A stretch of DNA of 64,000 nucleotides from Chromera velia (Eukaryota): the NCBI GenBank assembly GCA_018398765.1, contig JAHBMJ010000455.1, positions 62,001-126,000 on the forward strand, in the 5' to 3' direction. A model generated the notes under the pieces. It did not search any database, had not been told where the DNA came from, and saw nothing but the letters and a program-made list of their open reading frames with translations. The position numbers were made by a program, and so were the translations under genes. This document shows, in pieces, positions 1 to 13,633 of this stretch (positions are counted from its first letter, which is position 1; each line of letters opens with the position of its first letter).

Positions 1-1987
1 GGTTTCCTCGAGGACAATATCGTCATACACGGTGTAGACCTCCTCGGTGGTAGCGGTCTCAGTCACGGTGCGGGTCTCATATCTGTAGAGCTTAGGGACG
101 ACCTCAGTGATAGTTGAGGGCTCGAAGGTGATGCTGGTGGTGGTGAAAGTCTCAGCGGGAACATCCTCCCAACTGCAAACAACAAAAAGGCAAATCGATG
201 GAAAAATAATCACAGAATGAAGTTGACGAGCGAGTCACAAAAACGCTCCCAAAGTGCCAGTGCATGTGTGCATCGAAGAGAGTGCAAGACATGTCATCAA
301 GGGAGAAACAAGAGATAGGCGACAGAAAGAAAGAGTCAGGCAAGGAGAAAGCGATGGAGAGGCAAGAGGCCTTGGGAAGCAACAGAGTGCTGTGTAAGCA
401 TCCTACTGACGTCTGAGTGGCGCAAGTGGTCTCGGGTCCTTCGCCGACGGGGGTAGTGCCCTCAGGGCAGGCGTACTTGGGGACCTTGCTCTTCATGTCA
501 CCGGGGAGCTGGGTGGCAGGAACAGTCACAATGACGGGCTTCTTGCACTTGGGGGCCTTGGAGCCTCCGGCGTGGAGCTCGGAACCGGGGGGGCACTCGG
601 TGTGAGAGTCGGTGTGAGTGACGGGGTGCTGGGTGGTCACAGTCACAACGCAGTTGCCGTTGGCGTCCTCAGTGGTGCCCTTGGGGCAGTACTCAACGGG
701 GTAAGACTCCACGCGAGTGACAGGGACAGTCACGGGCTTCTTCTCGAAGCGAGCCCTCTTGACAGTCTTGGGGGCGGAGGTGGTGACGGGAGTACCGGAA
801 GGAAGAGTGACAGTGCAGATCAGAGAGGCGTCAGCGCATTCAGCACCGGAGGAAGCACCGCCCTTCTTGGAGTAAGAGCCGCCGGTGAGGCCGCTGGCGC
901 AGCCGGAGGGAGTGGTGCCGGGGGGGCAGTAGTAGGAGGGGACGAGGAAAGACTTGGTGAGGGTGAGGGTCTGGGGAAACTCCTCGATGACCGGGGACTC
1001 GGCATCAACGGGCACCTCGTAAGATTCGAGTCTGGAGCGGGTAAGGGTGAGGGTGCAGGTGCCATCCTTCTGGGCGGTGGTGCCGTCGGGGCACGTCCTT
1101 CCCTGAGCGATCTCCGTGGCGGGGAGGCTGAAAGAAGACATCTTGGACTCGAGGGTGGGGACACGGACAGTCTTCTCGGACATGTGAGTCTCGACGTTCT
1201 GGAAAGAGGTGGTGGCGGTGCAGTCGCCTCCCTTCTTTCCGTCAGATCCAGTAGTTCCCTCAGGGCACTCGGAGTAGGAAGAGGGAGTGTTGACGGGGAT
1301 GGACACAGAGGTGGTCTCGGCGATCTGAGAGTATTCAGTTGTGGTGCCAGTCACAATGCAGTCGCCATTCTTGTCCTGGGTGGTGCCCTTAGGGCAGACA
1401 GGGGCACCGGCAACGGAGACGGGCTTGGAGACAGAGACCTCATAGGGAGCCTTGGTGACGGTAGTGGACTGGTCAGGGACCTTGCGGGGCTGAACAGTGG
1501 CCTGCTGGTCGGCCTTGTGGACAGTGCACATGCCGTCAGAGCCGGGGCCCTCAGATCCTTTGGGGCAGGAGAGCACAGGCTTCTCGGTGGTGTGAGTCTT
1601 GGCCTCCTTGGCAACGGTGGTGGTGGAGACGCAGGTCTTGCCAGACATGGTGGAGCCCTGCAGGAAGGAAAGTTTGAAAGTGGTATAGTGAGATGAAGCG
1701 TGAAGCGTGCGTAAGGAGAGACAAGAGACATGGAGGTAGTGGGGTGCCAGCCGAAGGAAGGAAGACAAAAAGTGGCATTGACGCACCTTGGGGCAGGCCT
1801 TCTCGGGGGCGACATCGACGACGTTGGCGACCTGAGAGGTCTCGTAGTCAGCAGTGATGGTCTTCACACAGTCAGTGCCGGCAAGCTCGTACCCCTTGGG
1901 ACAGGAATAGGTGGTAGGCGGAGGAGCATACCCCTTCTTCTGGGCAACTGCCACAGCGAAAGCGGCGGGAACGGTAAGGAACTTCAT
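1..1987 (-). CDS. Secreted Cys/Thr-rich repeat protein, oocyst/cyst wall protein (COWP/OWP)-like; 3' end beyond the window. Exons 1987-1787, 1657-411, 172-<1
   Basis: Signal-peptide-like N-terminus (MKFLTVPAAFAVAVA). Repeated CPxGx(5-9)C units (CPKGYEL, CPKGTT, CPEGTT, CPDGTT, CPPGTT). GT-AG introns 1786-1658 and 410-173 give a continuous frame (...CATQT|WEDVPAETF...). Confidence 0.8.
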
Positions 1988-2714
1988 CTTCAGTTAGCAA
2001 TTGATAGAAAGTGATCAACAAGAAAGGTTGGAAGGCTTCAAACACTTTCAAATAAACACCTTTTAACGTAAACAGATTGGAAACTTGCTGCCAACGATAT
2101 GGTTTGAGAGTAGAGGGAGGTGCATGGAAAGAGATCACTCAATCAATTGCAGCTGTGCAAAACTCTTTAGCTGCCTCTCCTTATAAGCAATCTATTTTTG
2201 TTGCAGTGTTGCAAAGCGAACTGCGCGGCGCGCCCTGGCGCGCGTTGCCGGCCGGGGCGGGGCCTCCTTCTTAATTGCCTGCGGGGCGGCGGGGCCGTGG
2301 GCCCATTTAGGCCCATACGCATGCCAGGGCCCTGGGCCTCGGTTTTTGTTTTTTATACCACTAGTAGACGAAAGTCTGCCAAGACAAGACATGTCACAAA
2401 GCCCTCGCAGGGGTATTTTGTGCAACATCTCTTTTCGGCATCGACTCACCGCGATCTTTCGTGACCATCTAGACTAGTCTAGACAAAATTTAGCAGAATT
2501 AATGAGGATCAAATAACATGCACATATTCTGCAGCAGTGCATGGCGGCATAGTCCTTATCGCATTAGTCCCGCCAATTCGATCCAACCCCGTGCCAGGCA
2601 GGACCTCCGAGAAGCCATATTTTAATGCCTATTTGTTCTTTTTGCTGGCAAAAGTCAAAACTATTGTTCACATGCTTTATTAAGATAATGCGAAAACCGA
2701 TTTCTACATATTTT

Positions 2715-3206
2715 TACCCCCCTGGCGCTGCCTACTTTTTTATCAGAGCTCCAATCGAAGGCGCCGAAATCTGCCTGGTGGGCTATCGGTACCTACCGAA
2801 ATCCCCCCCCAGGCGCCTTCAGTGCCCACCGAAATCCGCCGTGAGGCGCCTTCGGCGCCGAAAGTTGCCCCTGTGGGCCTTCGCCCCACCGAAATCTGCC
2901 CAGCCCTAGGCGTGATCCCAATATATTTATTTACATTAAAGTGACGATGATTTCACTTTAAATAAATAATTTAAAACATTAAAACACTTAAAGAAGAAAA
3001 GTTGGAACTATAAGTGAAAGAGAACATTACTTTTCTAGCGTTCTTTGCGGAGTAGTTTTAAAGTGCTAGTTAAAGTATTTAAAAGGAAAATTTTCAAATT
3101 TACAGTTAAAGTCGGGACGTCATCACTTTATTTAAAATTTTAAAACTATTGGGATCACGCCTAGGCCCAGCCCCCCGATCGGAAGTTAGCCACTGCCAGG
3201 GGGGTA
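2715..3206. mobile_element. Non-autonomous TIR element (hAT-like MITE) with an 8-bp TSD, containing a nested MITE
   Basis: TIR TACCCCCCTGGC...GCCAGGGGGGTA. Perfect flanking duplication CATATTTT (2707-2714, 3207-3214). Internal CCGAAA subterminal repeats. Confidence 0.8.
2906..3164. mobile_element. CTAGGCG-type MITE nested in the 2715-3206 element
   Basis: TIR CTAGGCGTGATCCCAATA...TATTGGGATCACGCCTAG. 8-bp TSD GCCCAGCC on both sides. Confidence 0.85.
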
Positions 3207-4238
3207 CATATTTTCCTTTTTACAGGAAGTTTAGCTATATATTTGGCTATACTTCTATCCAGAGGGCCCAACTTTAGCTAGATTAATTGGCTAAACCAAT
3301 TAACTTCTATGTTCGCTCAGAACTTCGCTGCATATTAAATTTGATTTATACTTTTACCACATCATTTAATGTTTTCTCAAAACAGACAATCGACAGAAAT
3401 TTACTCTTGTGCGTATGGTACGCACATAAGCAAATATGAGCAAACCTCTGCACATGCGATTTCAAAAAAGTTTGACGCCTTGCACGCGAATCATGTTGGT
3501 CTCCGATGATGGCAGTGTGACCAACTGCATGAACGTTCACACATTGTCCTTCTCATTTTTTCATTTCATGAAGATGGCGATGAAGGTCGTTTTCAGTGAG
3601 GCGCATACAGCACAGATCAACCAATGCATCGAGAAAATATTCACTGAATCACACATTCACACGGGCACATAAACATGCACACGTACTTGCAGTCTAGAAG
3701 GTACAAAAATAGCGTAAATACAGAAGCCTCGCTCGACTCCCTGTCCGTGTGCGAAGAAAGGAGGAACGTGCAGAGAATGCAAGTCCGACTTCAAGTTGGA
3801 GGAGGCGGGAGGGAGGACAGTTTTTCGAACGAAAGAAAGAAAGGGTCTAGCAAAGGGAAAGCGCGTTTGCGTAGAGAGCTCTTTGATTCTCGCACTTTCT
3901 GCATGTGCATTTGATGTTGGCCACCCTTCACTGTCGATGTTTTCTCAGGCTCGGCACGCTGCCTTTGCCCTTTGTCTGTCAGCACACAACCAAATGAGGC
4001 CAACGTTCAGGCATCAATTCTCCCTGCAGTAGTCACTTCCTTCTTTCTAGTTCTTCCTATAATTTTTCTTTTCTTTCATTTAATGGTCTTCTTGCCTGTC
4101 CAGAAAGACCTGCCTGTTCGTCCTCCCACTCGATCTGCGGCTGGAGGCGCCTCTCACCCCCCCCCCCCCTCAGCAGGGGGAACAACCCTCTCCTGCAGCC
4201 TCCTTCTCCTTCCTGCTTCTGCAGCCTCATGGGGGGGA

Positions 4239-6329
4239 TCAGTGTCTGTCTGGGGGAGCTTCTGTTGCCGTCTCTCCTTTTTCTTCTCCCCCTGCACGTG
4301 TCTCTCCGGTCTCTCGTGAGTGGTCATTCGGAAACGGCGACACCCCAGCTGCAGTCTCTGTATCTGGGTTTGGGTTCGACCCACTGTCCTCCTCAAGCGG
4401 CTTCTGTTCTCTCGGGCCAGTGGGTTCTTCTGCAGCCTGACCCTCTTCTTTCCCTTTGCCCTCCTCGCCTCCTTCTTTTTTGTTTCTTGATTCGGGGGTG
4501 ACGGCCCCCCCCCCCTCTGCAGCAGGCTCGGCTTCACTCCCTACAGACTCCTTCTGCGTAGCCACGTCGCCTTCTGCTTTGCTCTCTGCAGATTCATTAT
4601 TCTTCGCCGGCGCTTCTTTTGTCTCTACCTCCTCAGTTTCCTCATCTTCTTTGTCCTCGCCTTCTGCTGCCTCTCTGGCTGCTGGATCGGCTTCTCCTTC
4701 TGTCTCTACCGCCTCCTCCCCCTTCTTTTTTGCATGCTCATCCTCTTCGATCGGGTTTTTTTCTTCTTCTTCTTCTTCTAGCAGGTCTTCTGCTGTCTTG
4801 AACTCCGGAGACGGGACGTCGTTCCTAGCCTCTCCCTTCTCCCCCTTTTCTTTTTCTGCTGTCGTCGGCGTCTCTTTTCCCCCCTCCTCCTCTCCTTTTG
4901 CCGTCTCACCCCCCTCTGTTTTCTCAAGAGGGTCGCTGGAGGATTCGGCAGGCAGGGCAGCAGTGTCGAGAGCTGTGGCGCCGGGATCCTCTCCTACCTC
5001 GTCTGCAGGGCCGAGGGTGGCCCCCTGCTCGTCAAGATCCTCAGTGACCTGAAGGGGGGGGGAGGGAATTAAGGCAGTAGTTGGTTCATTTTAAAGTAGA
5101 CAAGAACTTCAGTAATCTGTTGAGGAGTCGCGGCAGGACGTAGGACAAAAGGAGAGACTGTGCATGGTGGAGAGGACGGAACAGGGACGGCAAAATGAAA
5201 CGATGAAAAGAAGTGTGGATTCATTGACGGCCTGTGCCCACTGATTGACTGCACATCTCTCTGATAAGTCTCAACAACATTTGACAAAGGATCGATGCCA
5301 CACATAAATGGTTGAAATTCAAGTTTCAGCGCAGAGCTGCGGACGTCATCGAGTCCCTTCAGACTATATTCCCCGTCTTGATATTTTCTTGTAACATGAT
5401 TTGAAAGCAACCGACAACGAATGCCACTCCAGCCAATTGGCGTTGACGCACGCACCTGCAGAGCGTTGTCCTCCGTATCCCCTGGCTGCGGGTTCCTTGC
5501 TGGGTAGGGAGACGCTCCCTCGGAAGTGGGGGTTTCGTCCTCTCCTCTGTTGCCTGCTTCTTCTTCTTCTTCTTCTTCCTCGTCGCCTGTGGAGCTGTCC
5601 TGGATCGCTCTGTTCTTCAGGGTTTTCTCGTTCACGTATTCTTTCATGGACTTCGCGAGGGCAGTGCCCAGACCCTCGATGTCCTTCTGCACCTTGTGCT
5701 CTCCCACCATCAGCTGCCGAAGGTTCCTCATGATCGCCTTCTGGTGCTCGAAGTCCCCGATGCCCATCTGGCACAGGTGCTGCTGCCTGAGGCGGTGCAC
5801 CTGCACCCAGGAGCACAGGTTCTGCGAGAACGTCAGGGAATAGTCAGGGAACCCAATCACTTCAGCGAAGGTGCCCCAGTCCTGGGGATCCCACCTTCTG
5901 CACACACACGTACGCACACGCACACACATACACGCACACACACACACATACACACACACACACACAGGGGCGTATGAAAGCAGAATAGGTGTCCATACAC
6001 CAAGACCTGCAGGGAGGATAGGCGTGCCATCTACACACATAAGTGAGTGTGCGTGAGAGAGAAAAGAGAGCAGAAAGAGAGAGGGTTGGTATGTGACGTG
6101 GTATCTCAAAGTTGGTGTGCGGCTTAACAATGGGGGAAATTGAATGGGGATGATGAGTACCGTCGGCCGCAGACTGACTGACCTTTGCCAACCATAGATG
6201 GATTTGCAACGAAAACAAGACGGCTTTGTGTTCTGACCTGTAATCTCTTTCCTTGATGGGGAGGGCGGCGAAGTCCTTCAGGGCCATTCTCTGCCTCTCC
6301 TTGAGGGCCTCTGAGATCTCTGCCTCCAT
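4239..6329 (-). CDS. SAM-domain protein (SAMD15-like) with a long acidic low-complexity tail. Exons 6329-6238, 5897-5456, 5048-4239
   Basis: Spliced frame reads MEAEISEALKERQRMALKDFAALPIKERDYR|RWDPQDWGTFAEVIGFPDYSLTFSQNLCSW...LCQMGIGDFEHQKAIMRNLRQL, which fits the SAM pattern (W..D...IGF..Y...F..N...L..MGI...H...I). Exon 3 is E/K/A-rich. Intron phases are consistent. Confidence 0.7.
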
Positions 6330-9300
6330 CCTGTTTTATCCCAGCTGGAGGGTAGGCTTCAGATGGACAGTCTCGTGGCAGTGAATGTGGGGGACTCTAT
6401 TTTCAAGAACGGTTGAACAAGAGCTTATCCACCAGACGCTCTCCTGTTTCAATTAAGCGGAAGCACGTGCAACGATGTCTACGGACGTCGATCTTTTGCA
6501 CGACCGACTCAAGGATCAGACAAAGGTGCATGCTTCAAGATAGCTGGGCTTCAAGATCGATGCAGGTGGAAAAAGGCATCGATCGCGTCTCCACAGAAAC
6601 GAATTCGGCATGCATGCGCAGCGCGCTTTCAATTCATGGCGGCGCGCGCGCGGCGGGGTCCCTTAATTGGGGCGCGCCCCACAGCTGCATGAAAGCAGCA
6701 CCGCTCCTTAATCTTAGAAAAAGCCTAAGATTCAGGTAAGAAAAAGCTATAATGCCTTGGGAGCTTAGCACTCCAACTAGGGCTGCGCATATTCTAACTA
6801 ACTAATAGTTACCAACTAACAAACTAACTAATTAACTTAGTCTAACTAATTAACTAGCTGATCAGGGGACCTTTAGTAAGTCCTTTACCTGAGAAAAATT
6901 TATGATCTTGGAAAAATAGAAAAAACTAAAGATATTGTAAACTAAATGAACTATATAAAAAAATAGGACTCATAACGTACTGATAATGTATATAGTGTTG
7001 AACTGTATTAAACTACAAATTACGTTACAATTTACGTATCATAATTTATCGTAATGTTGCAAACTCTGTCTTCAAATTAACGTCTTTTTTAATCTAGTTT
7101 TGAATAAATATAAGTGAAAACTGATAGTTCAAAATATAATACTGTAGCACATTCTAGGCAAGGGCTTAAAAGAGTGAGATTGAACACTCTGGCACAACTC
7201 ACTTATCAACTGAATGTCTTTTGTAATAAAAATTCATTATCAAGCAGAAGAGCGCAACAATGTTTACATTTTTTTTTAATGAGAGAAAAGAAACGCGCTT
7301 CAGACAGGCGAGGGAGCGCTTCAGACAGCCCCCCGACAAAGAAGCTGTCTCATGCATCTTGTTCATTTGTCTGTACGTGTTTCTTTGTGGACGTGCCCGC
7401 GGCTTTCGTTGGATCGTTGGCACCTGCATACAACGCGTTCAAGACTTGCTCCTCTTCTTTTGTTCTTTTGTCAAAGGACCTCTTTGATCCGAATTGATCG
7501 ATCGAGGTGCTTTTTCTCAGGCTGCTCTTCTTGTCCTGGTGAAAGGGAAATACTTTGTGTCTTCCAAAGGAAACAGCACTTACGGCAAAAAACAATGAAA
7601 GCACAAGATCTATCAAGCCGACGAGACGGCGCAAAAAAGGAAGCGAGGAAGGAAGAAGGAAAAAAAGAGGCAGAAAGAAAGAGAAAAAACAAAAAGAAAA
7701 GAAAAGAAAAGAGAGAAGACAAGCATGAACGTCTCAGACATCCTTCCGCGTTCTGTCTGCCTGTCTGTGTACGATGGCGAAGTGTGTCTGTCTGGACCGA
7801 TCAAAGGACACATGCAGAGATCTTTCCCGCGGTCCAAAGAATTGGTGTGCAAAGAAGTGCGACAAAAAGGATCCTCTAATTCTCTCTGCCTGTCTGCCCG
7901 TCTGTCTGAACATTCAATTTCTACCCAGTCGGCATAATCTGTTTAGTGGTTGGTTGGCTCACTGACTCACTTCCTCACCCATTCCTTCATCACGCAGACG
8001 CAGCAGGCCAGCTAGTCCAATCGAGACAGCTAGGGTCTGAATTCATCACATCGCATGACAGAATTGTACAAGATCGAACAGACAACGAAAATCGGACAGA
8101 AGACGAGGAGGCAAAGCATACAAACAAAAGGTGAGATTCCGTGAGAAAACCATCTCTACTCAAACGCACTCAGTCACTCAGTCACTCAGTCACTCACTCA
8201 CTCACTCACTCACTCACTCATGCACAAAAGTAGGCAGTAAGAGGTTCACAGGAATGCACGTAATGGAACAGCATAAGCCTCTCCCTCCGATTCTTAATTT
8301 CTTTTACTGTGCATGGTTTTGCGTTTTGGTGTCTGTCCACTAACTCAATTCCTCTTCTCTCTCTCTCTCTGCCCCTCCCTACTTCTCGCTCCTTTTCCCC
8401 GGTTGCTCTCTTCCCTTCCATCCCTGTTTCTCTATTGAACAACCAATGCGTGAATACATGGAAGAAGCAGTGTGGTCAAAGTGTTTTCTCTGGATTACCT
8501 TTTTTCTTTTTCTCTTATTGATGAACACACTCAGTCATCTATAAATCCATTCACGCAAACTCATCAACATACACGTTCAATCACGCATGCTTGATTTTTT
8601 TTTAATTTCCCTTGTATGGGAAGAGGAGCGTGAAACCACCGGAATCTTGATTCTTTCCTCTGCAACCATCCATTTGTTTTTGTTTTCTTTTTTTTTTTTT
8701 TGTTCTTCGTCGTCTCACATGGCTCTCTGCTTCTCATGTGATACCTTGCCCATGCTCTTTTCGCCGTCTTTCTGCTTTAACATGTCTGCTCCTCTTCCTT
8801 ACAGGATCTTTGAAACACAAACAACTCGTTGCGTGTGTGTGTGTGTGTGTGTGCGTGCGTGCGCGTGCTTCTTTTTTGTTTTTGCTGTTCTCTCTTAGGA
8901 ATTCGCGTTTATTCTCTATTCTCGATTGTCCCTTTCTTCTGGCGGGACATACACAGAGCGATGAAGTGACGGCTCTTGGTGCTTTCCGATGCAGATAGGG
9001 AAGACGAAAGGAAAACGACAAACAGCAGACACATGCGAAGGATGCAACAGAGCAGTGGTGAAGGAGAGGAAGAAAAACGTTTCCCATGAAAAATAGACCA
9101 ACTGAGGTTGGATACAGAAACGTGGTTGCGGGTCATTCTCGATCGGTGTCTTTTCTCTCGCATGCAACTTTCTGTTTCGCACGCGCAGTTGTTCGTTCGT
9201 GCATTGACTGTGTACAGGTCTTCGGTCCCTCATTTTTCTTCTGCAATTTCTCTTCGGGAAAATACGGATCAAGCAGGCAGTCAGTCTCCTGACGTAGAAA

Positions 9301-10723
9301 AGAGGGGAAGAACTTCGGGCCCCAAACGTCAGTGAAGTGCACTTCACATAGAGACACACACGCTTTTTGTTTTTCCACTACCTTTCCCTTTGCATCCTTC
9401 CTTCCCTAACCGATGAAGGAGCTCCTGGAAATCCTCACCTCTCTACTCATGGAGTCATTGTTTCGGCCAACGGATGGCCTTTTTTTTGTTTTTGTTTGTT
9501 TTTATTTTCAATTTGTTTGCAAGCACTTTGACTTTTCCATTTCATTCGTTCGTTCACAAACTCGCTACATTCTCCATCCATCTATTCATGAATTCACTCA
9601 TTTTTCATTTCTGCAACGCGGAGTGTAAGCGCGCCTTGCGACACTCCTCTTCTCATACACACATTCGTTTTTTTCGTTAATTTTCTTCCGACCCGTGAGC
9701 CCCGAGGGAGGAGGGTCTCTTTTCATCTCCTTCTTCTTCTTGCTGCTGCTCTTCTTCTTCTTCTTGCTGATCGATCGAGTGGGTGGGTGGGTGCGGCACT
9801 GTGGCATTGGTTGTTCGTTGGCTCTCTTTCCAAGATGACTTGAAAACACAAGCTTGCGCCTCCTGCTCTTCGTGGTTTCTTTCGCAGCCTCTGTTGCTGT
9901 CACGCATGCAAAAGAAGAGCTCCCTTCTGACTGCGAAGACTGACAAGAGAAGACTGCTTGTAAGCAGACGGAAGAAAAAGGAGAACAGGTGCCGACTCCT
10001 CTGACCCTGGTTTACTCAATGGAGGAAAGAGAGACAATGAGAGCGACAGAGGAAAGATGAAAGAATCACAGACAGAGAGAAATGAAATCAAACAGTAATA
10101 GAAGGAGAGACAGGGAGAATAAAGTCACCTACGGACGTGCCGTACTGTACCATTTCATCGTTCTTCGTTTCGTTTTTTCTTTTTCCCAAAGGCTTTCTCT
10201 TCCGCAAAAGGTTTTTTTCTTGCTTGTGCAACTTTCTAGAAACCTTTCTATCTGTGGACCTGCCTCCTTCATTGATGGAAACCTCCACTTTGCATTTTTC
10301 TACCAGAGCAGGAAGGAACGTTGCCTCTGCTAATTTCAATGCTACGAACCAAAAAAAGAGGGGGGGGCACCTGTCCCTTAGGTCAACCTCCATCACGAAA
10401 AAGTCCAGAGAGTTTGCCTGCCACAGCAAGGGCTGGCAATGGGAAGGGGAAAGAAGTGAAGAAATTGGAGGTGTTCATGGGTGGGGTCTCTCTCTCTCTC
10501 TCTCTCTCTACCTGGATGGATGGATGGATAAATGACGTTGTTTTTGAACCCTCAAGGCTCCCTCCCTCCCTCCCTCCCTCCCTCCCCTGCGTGGGTGAGT
10601 GAGTGAGTGAGGGAACGGAGGGTCAATCAACAGACGGGAGGGAAGCATCGCTTGATGAATTGAACTCTCTCTGCTGCAACTCGTGAAGGTAACTGATCTT
10701 CTCTCTCTCTCGTTCTTCCCTTC

Positions 10724-12464
10724 CTAGAGGTACAACTCTCTGGCCTCCCCAGGCAACCCGAAATTATTGTAGAGAAACCTCAAAGCCGAGAGCGCCAAAG
10801 ACGGCTCTAGACTGGACCACTCGAACCCCCTCGCCCTCTCTTCTCTTGATGCTTCCCCGTTGGCGCCCCCCTCCATTCCCACGTGCAATGCCAGAGACCT
10901 AAGGGGCACCAACAGCCGGACATGCCGCGTCCGTGCGAAGTTCGACAAATCCCAGTCGGTGAAGAAACGGCCGGCAAACTGTTCGATCAACCGAACGAGA
11001 AAATCCACTTCGTGGATCGAACCGGCATGACCCACAGACTTCTTCTCACACACACCGACTGTCGAGTGACGACGGTCCCCAAAGGCGTTTTCTGCGCTCT
11101 TCTCTAACTCAAAGCATGCAACATCAGGATGCATGTGGGAATGGGAGTTGAAGAGGGAGAAAAACCCGCCAAACAAACCAGCCTCCCTGCTTGCCCGCAT
11201 CAACCCTACAGCCTCACTCCACCAGTCTGGTCTCACCACAAGGTCAGAGTCTATCACGGCAATGTGCGTGTAAAAAGGAACCTCAGACGGATCTGGGTAT
11301 GCTGAAAGGACATTTGTAAGGAGACGGAGAACTGGTGGTTTTGTCTTTTCTGGAAGGAGACGGAGGGAGAGAACGGAAAGAAGAACCTGAGTGTTCAAGT
11401 TGGCCTGCTCTGGCGGGGAGAGTGTTTCGAAAAAAAATGATTTGGAGGCAAAAGATGAATTGGAAAAGGAAGAGACACCGTCCTCCCTCCCTTCTGTCTC
11501 CCTGTCTCCCCGTCTCCTATGCAGAATCCTCACGCCGTCTCCAAACCACTCGAAAAGGTGGCGGTCCGGAAGAGCGAGTGGATCCTGGTTGAGGACCCAA
11601 ATATCCTCTGGAGGGACGGTGTCCTTCAGGGAGGCGGCACAGAGACGCACGTAGGCCGGCCGACGCATAACGGGGACCAGCACAGCCACTCGGTGTCCTT
11701 CTCTTGCTCCAGTTGACAGCGGGGCACAGGGTGAGGGGAGTGTGCGGGACAGAGTACAGAGAGGCCAGCGCTGGTGGTTTGGGGCTTCACGGCGCTCCTC
11801 TTCCTTCTCGTCGTTCATGTATTCCTTTGCAGTCACGTTGCTGTAGATATTGTTGTTTGCGTTGACAGCTGCACACGTGAAGCGAGAGACGAGAAATGAG
11901 TGAGAGTAGACAGAAGTACAAACAGACAGACGGACAAGCGAGCAGGCTAACAGATCCGTGAACGCACCCACTCACCCACCGTCATTCGTTGCTCGCTGAC
12001 TTAGTCATTCACGCACACTCGCACTCAATGACTCCAACGCACGCTTAATCAGTCAGTGGTACAGCTGAAATGCCGTGCCTTCAGTTCGATCGTGCATGTG
12101 TTGACAATCGCGTACATGCATCATTCGTTTTTCTGCAAGACCCCTTCACGGGATGCCTTTCTGACTGACATGGTTTCTTTGGGTGTTCAGTGAACTCTTG
12201 GAGCAAAGTACTGTTTCCGTTCTCCTCCAAGAGGCCCTCCCAAGCGAGACCTCTTGTTGATAGCCGAGTCCAGCTTTCGAATTCTTTTTCTGTCGAGTGG
12301 ACAAGGTAGACGGCTGGTTCAAAACTGGACGGAACACCGAACGCCTTGGCCGTGCTCTGTCCCTGCATCGGCCCTGCTGTACAGGAAAGGAAGAGAAAAG
12401 GCACGAGCAGAGGGAGCAGCAGGGACAGCCCCCAGGAACGGAGCCCCTCCCTAACCGCGGTCAT
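10724..12464 (-). CDS. Secreted or Golgi GT-A fold glycosyltransferase (GT2-like). Exons 12464-12170, 11868-10724
   Basis: Hydrophobic N-terminus. Motifs VAVLVPVMRRPAY, DxD in HIAVIDSDLVV, TDWDLS and SLALHVG. Phase-1 GTCAGT...CAG intron. Confidence 0.7.
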
Positions 12465-12599
12465 CGATCCACTAACGCACTCAACTCAACTCACCGCCAA
12501 TCATGCCGTCAGCCAGCAGAGAAGCTGTGCTGCTCTATTTCCCCGTCATGCTCTTCGAGGCGACATTGCACGCTTTCCACCGCTCCGACGAATGGTGGC

Positions 12600-12762
12600 C
12601 AGCATGCATGCATGGTGTCGATCTGTCTTAATTGCGCAGACATGCATGCATGCACGTCCATCCGCGGCGCCGGGTGGCGCCGGGCGGCGCGAGTGGCCCC
12701 GGAAAGCGAAGCGGGGGGCACTTAGAAAACAGAAATACCCCAGCCCACGTGCATGCATGCAC
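12600..12762. promoter_or_regulatory. TGCATGCA motif cluster upstream of the glycosyltransferase
   Basis: Several overlapping TGCATGCA/GCATGC palindromes plus GGCGCC boxes about 140-300 bp upstream of the ATG at 12464. Confidence 0.5.
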
Positions 12763-13593
12763 GTACGCTGTCTTTCGGCAAAAACCCGGCCCCGAAAGGC
12801 TGAATTTTCACCATGCGTGCGTCAGATGGGGCGCTTACCCCCGGGCTTTTTTCCCGGGGGGGGGAGAGTTCCACGGCTTTTCCCGCGANGGGGGGGGGGG
12901 CGGTCAACTGGCCGGCGTGCGTCAATCATGCAGTTGTCATTTTTCTTGCTTTCCGGGGCCGTTCGCAAGCTTGCTTGCGTCAGATTTCGCGTCGCGCCAT
13001 TTGCAAAGTCCCGCGCCGCGAATGGCGCCGGCATGCAGAATGGCGCCGCGTGCAGAATAATTAATTGAATTTAATTGGATCGATACAGATCGAGATTGAA
13101 ACATGCATGATCGATCGATCGTGCATATGAATTCATCGATAATTGATATCGATGTGTATAGATCGAAACCGCGTTGATTGATGGGTCGATCCTTTCGATA
13201 GTGCAGTCGATCGAAATAGTTTAATTGCCGTCGATTGAAGCTGTTCTCTATAGAGGATTTCAGACTGTACAAATTCTCAGTAATTTCTCTCCAGAAGATG
13301 TTTGAATTCAGTGAAGCTTCAGACATCGACTGCTGACACAAAGCAATCACAGACAGGCATGAATCGTAATTTAGATATCGATTTTGATGTCACATGCAGA
13401 TCGATATTGATTTTTTTTTTTTCACACGCCATTGGCGCACTACTTACCCACGCCTTCAATGGCGTGGCTAAAAAAATTGATGGCGCGGGATAATCGCGCG
13501 CCGCCCCGCACCACCCGGCGCCGCGGATGGATGTGTGCATGCAGGCGAAATCTCGATCCTTATAATTCATGCATGCATGCATGCATGCAAGAA

Positions 13594-13633
<40 letters not shown>

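Noticed and set aside
572..1696. 374-aa plus-strand ORF
   Set aside because: It is the antisense shadow of the codon-biased wall-protein exon.
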